Of a stretch of DNA of 64,000 nucleotides, positions 57,055-64,000 are shown in pieces. The DNA comes from Hyalangium minutum (GTDB taxonomy: Bacteria; Myxococcota; Myxococcia; Myxococcales; Myxococcaceae): the NCBI RefSeq assembly GCF_000737315.1, contig NZ_JMCB01000005.1:124001-188000 (forward strand). The letters are read 5' to 3'. A program made the translations under genes and the position numbers. Each line of letters starts with the position of its first letter. Within the stretch, counting starts at the first letter, position 1. The notes beneath the pieces are model-generated. The model was given only the letters and a program-made list of their open reading frames with translations, had not been told where the DNA came from and searched no databases.

Positions 57055-57087
57055 CGCGGAGCCGCTCGTCGGCGATTCGAGGCAGCC

Positions 57088-57573
57088 GTGATCACCCTGG
57101 TTCGGGTCGACAACCGCCTCATTCATGGACAGGTCGTGGAGGCCTGGCTGCCGCACCTCAAGGTGCAGCGCGTCGTCGTGGCCGATGACGAGGCCGCCTC
57201 CAGCCCGCTCATCCGTGCCGCCATGGCGCTGGCGATCCAAAGTGCCATTGAAGTGCAGATTCAGCCGCTGGCGCAGGTGGACTTCGTCGCGCTGACGAAG
57301 GACGGCGTGCGCACCCTGGTGCTGCTGAGGGACGTGGCGGCCGTGCCATTTGCCTACGCGCATGGGCTGACGCTGGACCACCTGAACCTGGGCAACGTGC
57401 ACTTCGGTGCGGGCCGCCGGCAGGTGTCGCCCTCCGTCTTCTTGGCGGAGGCGGAGGTCCAGGCGCTCCAGGGGCTGGCGGACAAGGGCGTCCGGGTCGA
57501 GGCCCGCGCGGTGCCCTCCGAGAAGGCCGTGGAGCTGGGAGAGCTGACCGAGCGCTGGACAAAGGGCGGGTGA
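57088..57573 (+). CDS. PTS mannose/sorbose family EIIB
   Basis: LVRVDNRLIHGQV, LNLGN. Confidence 0.93.
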   Translation: MITLVRVDNRLIHGQVVEAWLPHLKVQRVVVADDEAASSPLIRAAMALAIQSAIEVQIQPLAQVDFVALTKDGVRTLVLLRDVAAVPFAYAHGLTLDHLNLGNVHFGAGRRQVSPSVFLAEAEVQALQGLADKGVRVEARAVPSEKAVELGELTERWTKGG

Positions 57574-57577
57574 CCCT

Positions 57578-58294
57578 GTGAGCGTGGGCTGGACCCAGGT
57601 TCTGCTCGCGTTCTTGTGGGGCGGCCTCGTCGCCGTGGAGCGCAAGGCGTTCCTCCAGGCGATGCTCTCCCGGCCGCTGGCCTCCGCGACCGTGATGGGG
57701 CTGCTGCTGGGAGACCTGCGCGCGGGCCTCTTCATCGGCATGCTGCTGGAGCTGTTCTACCTGGGCACCGCGAACCTGGGCGCCGCGCTGCCGGAGAATG
57801 ACACCGTGTCGGCCACGGGCACGGCGGCGGCGGCGGCCACCATGGCGGCGGCCACGGGCGCGGGCTCGACGCAGGCGCTCTGGTCCGTGGCCATCCTGCT
57901 CTTCCTGCCGCTGGGCCGGGCGGGGCGCATCGCGGACCGCATGCTGGAGGGCTACATGGCGCGGCTGGCGCGGGTGGCCCTGGCCTCGGCCGAGGCGGGC
58001 AACCTCTCTCGCGCGGTGCGGCAGAACCTCTGGGGCATGTGGCCTCACTTCCTCGTGTACGGGCTGGTGGCGGCGCTGTGCGCGCTGCTCGGCTTCTTCC
58101 TCGGGCCACTGGTGGAGCGGCTGCCGTTGGACTTGCTGCGCGGGCTGGCGTGGGCCTTCCCGGCAATGGCCTCGGTGGCGGCGGCGCTGGCGGCGCAGGG
58201 CAGCCATGCGAAGCGGGCTCCGCTGTACGCGGGGCTGGGCGCCACGGTGGTGACGTTGCTGGTCATCCTGTTTACCCTCCAGGAGGGCCGGTGA
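57578..58294 (+). CDS. PTS mannose family EIIC
   Basis: SRPL..TVMGLLLGD...G..LELFYLG...GAALP. Confidence 0.9.
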   Translation: MSVGWTQVLLAFLWGGLVAVERKAFLQAMLSRPLASATVMGLLLGDLRAGLFIGMLLELFYLGTANLGAALPENDTVSATGTAAAAATMAAATGAGSTQALWSVAILLFLPLGRAGRIADRMLEGYMARLARVALASAEAGNLSRAVRQNLWGMWPHFLVYGLVAALCALLGFFLGPLVERLPLDLLRGLAWAFPAMASVAAALAAQGSHAKRAPLYAGLGATVVTLLVILFTLQEGR

Positions 58295-59061
58295 GCACGA
58301 CCGACCCCACCACCCTCGGCCGGACCGTGCTGCTTCGGGTGCTGCTGCGCTCACTGGCGCTGCAGGCCTCGTGGAACCCCAAGGGCATGCAGAACCTGGG
58401 GCTGGCGTACGCGCTCTTCCCGGCGCTGGAGCAGCTCTACCCGGACAAGAAGGCGCAGGAGGCCGCGGTGCAGCGGCACCTGGTCTTCTTCAACACGCAC
58501 CCATACGTGGCGGCGGCGATTGTGGGCGGGGTGCTCTACCACGAGCAGCGCATTGCCCGGGGCGAGGAGCCACCGGACAAGGTGGTGGCCTTCAAGGCGG
58601 CGCTCATGGGGCCGCTGGCGGCGCTGGGGGATGGGTTCTTCTGGCTCTCGCTGAAGCCGGCCGTGGGGGCCATATGCGCCGCCCTGGTGCCCGTGCTGCA
58701 TGCGTGGGCCGTGGTGCTCTTCCTGTTCCTCTACAACTTCGTGCACTTCACGCTGCGCGCCCGCTTCTATTGGATGGGCCTCACGCTGGGCGACAGATTG
58801 GTGGAGGCGATTGCCCGTGCCAACCTGCCCACGCGGGGGGCTCGGCTCCGCTCGGTGGCGGCGGCGTGCGCGGGGGGCCTGGCTGCGTGGCTCGCGGTGG
58901 ACCTGGGGAAGACGGCGGGCGGGGACCATGCGCCTTGGCTGGTGGCGGGCTGCCTGGTCTTGGGGGTTGCGTCCTACGTGCTCGTTCAACAGCGGGTGCC
59001 CAATTACGTCGTGCTGTACCTTGCCGCGGGGCTGGCGTGCGCGGCGGGAGCCTTTCTCTAG
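58291..59061 (+). CDS. PTS mannose family EIID
   Basis: LQASWNPKGMQNLG, HLVFFNTHPY, LMGPLAALGDGFFW; GTGA overlap. Confidence 0.92.
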   Translation: MSTTDPTTLGRTVLLRVLLRSLALQASWNPKGMQNLGLAYALFPALEQLYPDKKAQEAAVQRHLVFFNTHPYVAAAIVGGVLYHEQRIARGEEPPDKVVAFKAALMGPLAALGDGFFWLSLKPAVGAICAALVPVLHAWAVVLFLFLYNFVHFTLRARFYWMGLTLGDRLVEAIARANLPTRGARLRSVAAACAGGLAAWLAVDLGKTAGGDHAPWLVAGCLVLGVASYVLVQQRVPNYVVLYLAAGLACAAGAFL

Positions 59062-59085
59062 TGAAGCGGGAGTGTGAAGCCGCCC

Positions 59086-59364
59086 ATGGCCAACGTCGCT
59101 GAAGCCACTTTCGAGATCATCAACGAGCTGGGGCTGCACGCCCGGGCAGCTGCACAGCTCGTCAAGGTGGCCAACCGGTTCAAGTGTGAGACGCTCATCG
59201 AGCACCAAGGTCAGCGGGCCAACGCCAAGTCCATCATGGGTGTGCTCATGTTGGCGGCGGGGCAGGGCTCCATGGTGAAGCTCTCCTGCAAGGGCGAGGA
59301 CGCGGACAAGTGTCTGGCGGAGATTGGCAAGCTGATTGCCGACCGCTTTGGAGAGGGCAAGTAG
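59086..59364 (+). CDS. ptsH: Phosphocarrier protein HPr
   Basis: GLHARAA (His15), NAKSIMG (Ser46). Confidence 0.96.
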   Translation: MANVAEATFEIINELGLHARAAAQLVKVANRFKCETLIEHQGQRANAKSIMGVLMLAAGQGSMVKLSCKGEDADKCLAEIGKLIADRFGEGK

Positions 59365-59397
59365 CGCGGCAAGAGAGGATGAGGTGAACGAACGACC

Positions 59398-61164
59398 GTG
59401 AGCACACCAGGAACCCCCACGCTGAACTTGAAAGGCATCGGCGCCTCGCCGGGCGTCGCGGTGGGGCACGCGTTCATCCTGGATCGCAAGCGGGTGCGCA
59501 CCCCGAAGCTGCGGCTGGCTGAGGCCGAGGTGGAGCCCGAGCGCATGCGCATGCGCACGGCCCTGGAGCTGTCGGACCGGCAGCTGGCAGAGCTCAAGGA
59601 GCAAATCACCCGCTCCGAGGGGCATGACCACGCGCTCATCCTCGAGGCGCACCGGCTGATGCTCCTCGATCCGATGCTCGTGGATGAGGTGGACAAGCTC
59701 ATCGTCGAGGATCGCATCAACGCCGAGTGGGCGGTGCGGCGGGTGGCGCGCAAGCTCAAGCACCTGTTCGACAACATCCCGGACGAGTACTTCCGTGAGC
59801 GGCGCTCGGACGTGGACTACGTGGCGGACCGGGTGGTGCGCAACCTGATGGGGCAGGTGGTGGACGAGGAGGTGGAGATCCCCGCCGAGGCCATCGTGGT
59901 GGCGCACGACTTGTCGCCCTCGGACGCGGCGATGATGGCGCGCAGCGGGCGGGTGGCGGGCTTCGTCACGGACCTGGGCGGCCAGACGAGCCACACGGCC
60001 ATCGTGGCGCGCGCCCGGGAGACGCCCGCGGTGGTGGGCGCGGGGAAGGCGAGCGAGCAGATCTCCCCGGGAGACCTGGTGGCGCTGGACGGTGCCAGCG
60101 GCGTGATCCTGGTGAACCCGACGCCAGACCAGCTGGCGCTGTTCCGCGAGGCGCAGCGGGTGCAGCAGCAGAGCGAGCAACTGGCGCTGCGCACCAAGGA
60201 TCTGCCGGCCACGAGCGTGGACGGGTTCCGGATCCGGCTGAACGGGAACATGGAGTTCCTGGAGGAGATCCCCTCGCTGCTGGCGCACGGAGCGGAGGGG
60301 ATCGGCCTGTACCGCACGGAGTTCATGTTCCTGGACCGGAAGAACGTGCCCTCGGAGGAGGAGCACTACCGGGCGTACAAGCAGGTGCTGGAGGCGATGG
60401 GCGGGCGGCCGGTGACGATCCGCACGTTGGATCTGGGCGGGGACAAGGTCCCGAGCAAGGCGAAACACGAGAAGGAGCCGAACCCGGCGATGGGCCTGCG
60501 GGCCATCCGGTACTGCCTGGCGAACCGGGAGCTGTTCCGGACGCAGCTGCGGGCGCTGCTGCGGGCGAGCGCGCACGGGAACCTGCGGCTGATGTTCCCG
60601 CTGATCAGCGGCATGAGCGAGCTGCGCGAGGCGCGCTCGGAGCTGGAGGCGTGCCGCACGGAGCTGAGCCGGGCGGGAGTGCCCATGGGCAAGCGGTTCC
60701 CGGTGGGCATCATGGTGGAGACGCCGAGCGCGGCGCTCATTGCGGACCGGCTGGCGCAGGAGGCGGAGTTCTTCTCGGTGGGGACGAACGACCTCATCCA
60801 ATACACGCTGGCGATCGACCGCCAGAACCGGGAGGTCGCGTATCTCTACAAGCCGCTGCACCTCTCGGTGCTGCGCTCGATCCAGAACATCGTCGGGGCG
60901 GCGAAGGCGGCGGGGATTCCAGTGTCCATGTGCGGCGAGATGGGGGGAGACCCCATCTACGCGCTGGTGTTGTTGGCGCTGGGGTTCGACGAGCTGTCGA
61001 TGACGGCGGGGCAGATCCCGGTGGTGAAGAACATCCTGCGCAGCGCGAGCCGCGCGGAGGCGCAGGCCCTGCTCAACTCGGCCATGGAGCTGACGACGGC
61101 CGAGGAGATCGAGCGCTATATCCGCACGGAGATGGAGCGGCGCTTCATCTCCGCGGAGCCGTGA
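59398..61164 (+). CDS. ptsI: PTS enzyme I
   Basis: TSHTAI (phospho-His), GIGLYRTEF, RTLDLGGDK, NPAMGLRAIR, SVGTNDLIQY, MCGE. Confidence 0.97.
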   Translation: MSTPGTPTLNLKGIGASPGVAVGHAFILDRKRVRTPKLRLAEAEVEPERMRMRTALELSDRQLAELKEQITRSEGHDHALILEAHRLMLLDPMLVDEVDKLIVEDRINAEWAVRRVARKLKHLFDNIPDEYFRERRSDVDYVADRVVRNLMGQVVDEEVEIPAEAIVVAHDLSPSDAAMMARSGRVAGFVTDLGGQTSHTAIVARARETPAVVGAGKASEQISPGDLVALDGASGVILVNPTPDQLALFREAQRVQQQSEQLALRTKDLPATSVDGFRIRLNGNMEFLEEIPSLLAHGAEGIGLYRTEFMFLDRKNVPSEEEHYRAYKQVLEAMGGRPVTIRTLDLGGDKVPSKAKHEKEPNPAMGLRAIRYCLANRELFRTQLRALLRASAHGNLRLMFPLISGMSELREARSELEACRTELSRAGVPMGKRFPVGIMVETPSAALIADRLAQEAEFFSVGTNDLIQYTLAIDRQNREVAYLYKPLHLSVLRSIQNIVGAAKAAGIPVSMCGEMGGDPIYALVLLALGFDELSMTAGQIPVVKNILRSASRAEAQALLNSAMELTTAEEIERYIRTEMERRFISAEP

Positions 61165-61212
61165 ACCACGCGCCCACCCTGTTCATCCAGGATGGGCGCT
61201 GGGTGGGGGCTC

Positions 61213-61551
61213 TCAGCTCCCACACTTCAGGTTGCGGATATACGCGCAGGTATAGTGATAGGTGGTCCAGCTATTGGAGTCGCAGGAGTACACGTAGCAA
61301 TAGTCCGTGTAGTTGGGATTGGCGCAGTAGTAGTGGAACTGGGGCGAGATCGTGATGCAGGAGCTCGGCCATTCATCCACAACAGGATTGGTTCCACAGT
61401 AGTCAGTCGCACTGCTCGGGACCGAGCAGATGCCCTGCTTAACGGTGTTCACGTCCTGCTCATTCAGCGACTCCTGCTCCACGCCGCCACACCCTGTGAG
61501 CGCCAGCGCTGACAGCGCGACTCCCGCAACGACAGTCTTGATGAAATTCAA
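61213..61551 (-). CDS. Small Cys/Tyr-rich lipoprotein
   Basis: RBS aaggag 6 nt before TTG 61551; lipobox LTGC; 8 Cys in the mature C-terminal part; visibly lower GC. Confidence 0.7.
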   Translation of the reverse strand: MNFIKTVVAGVALSALALTGCGGVEQESLNEQDVNTVKQGICSVPSSATDYCGTNPVVDEWPSSCITISPQFHYYCANPNYTDYCYVYSCDSNSWTTYHYTCAYIRNLKCGS

Positions 61552-61633
61552 TTGCAACTCCTTACAACGAGGGGAACGCTCCTAAAGAGCGGTGCAACCG
61601 TAAGGAAGTGCACGTTGCAAGGCAATAGCCGTC

Positions 61634-61649
61634 AGCAGCGGCCATGCCA
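61634..61649 (-). promoter_or_regulatory. sigma54 -24/-12 promoter (probable)
   Basis: Minus strand TGGCATGGCCGCTGCT, GG-N10-GC spacing. Confidence 0.5.
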
Positions 61650-61725
61650 GCTCAAGAATGTCTTTGCTCTTGCAACAGATTGCCAGGAACGGCCTGACGG
61701 GAAATCACCTCACCCGTGAGCCATC

Positions 61726-62160
61726 TCAAGGCGCGCCGCAGGCCAGCCACTGGCCCAGCTTCTCGCGCTCCTCCTGCGTGGGCTGATGAGGGATCGAAGC
61801 GGGCGGCATCTCCTTGTTCGTCGCGTTGGGGCCTGCGGCGGCGTGTGTGTCGATCATCGCGCGCTGACGCCGCACCTCGTCCAACGTGTCGAAGTCCACT
61901 CCCACGGTAGCACCCGCGCGCGCGGTGCCCGTGACGGACTTGCTGTGGCAGCTCAGGCAGTACGTCTGCATGAACGCCGTGCCGAAGTTCTGGGCACTGG
62001 GACCGTTCGAAGATGGGCACGTGGCGCCCGTGGCGGCGCCTCCGGGGTGATGCCCGTCCTCGTCTTCTCCGCCACCACACCCTCCGTTGTCTGCGTGCCC
62101 GAGGCACAGGTAGGCAGCGAGGGCGAGCGGACCAAGGCGATACAGGGAGCGGAAGGTCAT
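61726..62160 (-). CDS. Small exported monoheme cytochrome c-like protein
   Basis: Signal-like N-terminus, single CLSCH heme motif, distal Met in EMPP, LGQWLACGAP C-terminus. Confidence 0.75.
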   Translation of the reverse strand: MTFRSLYRLGPLALAAYLCLGHADNGGCGGGEDEDGHHPGGAATGATCPSSNGPSAQNFGTAFMQTYCLSCHSKSVTGTARAGATVGVDFDTLDEVRRQRAMIDTHAAAGPNATNKEMPPASIPHQPTQEEREKLGQWLACGAP

Positions 62161-62351
62161 GGCAGGACTCGAAGGAAGGACAGCCACCGGGAGACGGGGC
62201 GCCAGGGCCACAATCCAGCAGGACGTTCCCTGCGGAGGTGTGGCGAAATGCCGCATGCTCGGGATTGGGGTTCTTCTTTACGAAGCAAGCGGCTCCCCTG
62301 TCGGAAATCCCCGGAGAGTTCGTACTCCGAGGCAGGTCATCGCCCCGGGAG

Positions 62352-62375
62352 GCTGGAGGTCCGCTGGCCTCCAGC
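62352..62375 (-). terminator. Hairpin downstream of mbnH
   Basis: gctggagg/cctccagc perfect 8-bp stem. Confidence 0.4.
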
Positions 62376-62392
62376 GCTGTCGCTGCGTCCGC

Positions 62393-63514
62393 TCAGGGAG
62401 CGGCGTTGAACGGATCCGACAGACTCGGATCTGTGAGGAACGTGGGGTCGGTGAGAGACTCCAGGAACGCCAGGACGTCCTCCTTCTCCTGCGGCGTGAG
62501 GGTGAAGCCCCGCACGAACTCGCTCTGATAGGGGCTCGGGCCGGTGCCCTGGGCACCGGCCCGCCCTCCTGCCGCGTAGTGGTCCAGCACCTCGCTCAGT
62601 GTCGCGATAGAGCCATCGTGCATGTACGGCGCCGTGACGGCGATGTTGCGGAGCGTGGGAGAGCGGTAGCGCCCGGTGTCCTCCGACTTGCCAGTGAACT
62701 CGAGCAGCCCGGTGTCCGTGGCGGGATAACCTCCGTGTCCATCCACGTTGTAGAGGTTGGTGTTGTGGAAGGTGATCTCAGGGAACACCGTCTCCTTGCT
62801 CTTCACCGAGTCGCTGAACGCGAACCCCTGGTGGCAGTGGAAGCACTCCAGGCGCTCCGAGAAGAACAGCGTCATGCCCCGCTTGGCTGACAGGGACATT
62901 GCGTCCAGCTCGTTGCCGTACGTGTACCGGTCATAAGGAGAGCTCCCCGAGATCAGCGTGCGCTCGAAGGCCGCAATTGCCCGGACGATCGAGCTCAAGG
63001 AAATCGGCTGCTTCTCCTTCGGAAACGCAGCGGCGAAGAGCTTCGGGTACCGCGCGTCCTCCGAGAGCCGCTGCAGCAGCATCTCCTCCTGGCCCGCCAG
63101 CCCCAGCTCGATAGGGTGCTCGCCGAAGATGGGCACCAGGGCCTGGGCCTCGAGGTCCGGCAAGACGGGGTTGGCCCAGGTGAGGCTGGCGGCATAAGCC
63201 ACGTTGGCCAGGGACATGGAGTTGCGCCGGTGGGACTCGCCCGTGGAGCCGAGCGCCGTCGTCCGCCCATCCGAGAACGCGCGCTCCTGGAGGTGGCAGC
63301 TTCCGCACGCCTGGGTGCCATTGGCGGAGAGCCGCGTGTCATAGAAGAGGTGCCGCCCCAGCTCCACCTTGGCAGTGCTCATGGGGTTGTCAGCGGGCAC
63401 CGCCGGCTCGGGAAACCCGAGTGGCAGATTCCACTGGAAAGGCTCCTCCGCGTCTCCACAGGCCGTGCTCAACAGCAGCACCAAGCCCAGGCACCACCTC
63501 CGAGCGTCGCGCAT
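62393..63514 (-). CDS. mbnH: MbnH-family di-heme enzyme (MauG/bCcP superfamily)
   Basis: Lipobox STAC; DNPMSTAKVELGRHLFYD..LS; CGSCH and CFHCH; YRSPTLRNIAVTAPYMHDGS; directly after mbnP. Confidence 0.85.
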   Translation of the reverse strand: MRDARRWCLGLVLLLSTACGDAEEPFQWNLPLGFPEPAVPADNPMSTAKVELGRHLFYDTRLSANGTQACGSCHLQERAFSDGRTTALGSTGESHRRNSMSLANVAYAASLTWANPVLPDLEAQALVPIFGEHPIELGLAGQEEMLLQRLSEDARYPKLFAAAFPKEKQPISLSSIVRAIAAFERTLISGSSPYDRYTYGNELDAMSLSAKRGMTLFFSERLECFHCHQGFAFSDSVKSKETVFPEITFHNTNLYNVDGHGGYPATDTGLLEFTGKSEDTGRYRSPTLRNIAVTAPYMHDGSIATLSEVLDHYAAGGRAGAQGTGPSPYQSEFVRGFTLTPQEKEDVLAFLESLTDPTFLTDPSLSDPFNAAP

Positions 63515-63519
63515 GGCCG

Positions 63520-64000
63520 CTACTCCTTTCGGAAGAAGGTCTGAGCGCTCGGAGTCCCCTGAGCGCTGCCAAAGCCGAGCCCCAGCCGTTGGAAGATCGG
63601 AGCACAGTCCTCGTCCGTGCCCTCGGACATGCAGCCCGGCGCCGTCTGGGCCTGGTTCGTGTCCATGTTGGAGCCCGCGAACAGCGCGGCGACGTCCAGC
63701 ACCACACCGCTCGCTCCGGTGGGATCAAAGTTGGAGAGCTCCACGTCGAAGCGGTTGGGCCGCTGGCACGAGGTGACCTGGTTGGGGCCGGACGTCTGGC
63801 ACTCGGTGCTGCCCAGGTGGAGGTTGTGCCCGGTGGGCAGCCCCGAGGTGCGCCCGTCCAGGCGGATGAACTTGTAGCCCCCGGCCCAGCCCCAGAAGAG
63901 TGTGCTGACGTTGAAGGGCGCGCTGGCAATGGACGCGTCCTGGTGGTTCTTCTCGAAGGGCATGCCCACGGTGAAGCGCAGACCCACGTAGTTGCCTCTC
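63520..64000 (-). CDS. mbnP: MbnP-family copper-binding protein (partial; 5' end beyond the window)
   Basis: GLRFTVGMP..NH..., FWGWAGGYKF (WxW motif), HLGSTEC. Confidence 0.85.
   Translation of the reverse strand, partial: RGNYVGLRFTVGMPFEKNHQDASIASAPFNVSTLFWGWAGGYKFIRLDGRTSGLPTGHNLHLGSTECQTSGPNQVTSCQRPNRFDVELSNFDPTGASGVVLDVAALFAGSNMDTNQAQTAPGCMSEGTDEDCAPIFQRLGLGFGSAQGTPSAQTFFRKE

Noticed and set aside
61674-61688. Second sigma54 site TGGCAATCTGTTGCA on the minus strand
   Set aside because: GG-N9-GC spacing is one base short of the strict sigma54 requirement
62393-64000. Methanobactin biosynthetic cluster
   Set aside because: Only mbnP/mbnH-like genes are visible; no precursor mbnA or mbnB/C in the window

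Overview
High-GC bacterial chromosome segment, very likely from a myxobacterium (Myxococcales; inferred from a MYXO-CTERM protein, many lipoproteins, eukaryote-like Ser/Thr kinases and a myxobacterial-type Man-family PTS cluster). About 56 plausible CDSs were found, and no rRNA, tRNA, CRISPR array or transposase was recognised. Housekeeping and conserved content: lepB, aqpZ, cstA-ybdD plus a second cstA, a ClC channel, a HIT protein, hprK-rapZ, the EIIA/B/C/D-HPr-EI PTS genes and an mbnP-mbnH pair at the right edge. Accessory content: (i) a DUF4331-N / DUF4331-C / TPR exported operon; (ii) an orphan Tad minor-pilin cassette that includes a twin CX3C-hairpin peptide; (iii) a putative defence locus, with a Septu-like ABC ATPase + HNH pair head-to-head with a SIR2 NADase fused to a CHAT/caspase-fold domain that lacks both catalytic residues (the best candidate for an undescribed system); (iv) an FHA-GAF-pseudo-cyclase next to a Ser/Thr kinase; (v) an nrtX/nrtY (SPFH + NAD-kinase-like) operon with two tandem NrtR-type operators over its promoter; (vi) two small Cys-rich lipoproteins, each preceded by a sigma54 -24/-12 motif. 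All family assignments come from motif recognition by eye, not database searches, and several start codons were re-chosen from RBS and overlap evidence.
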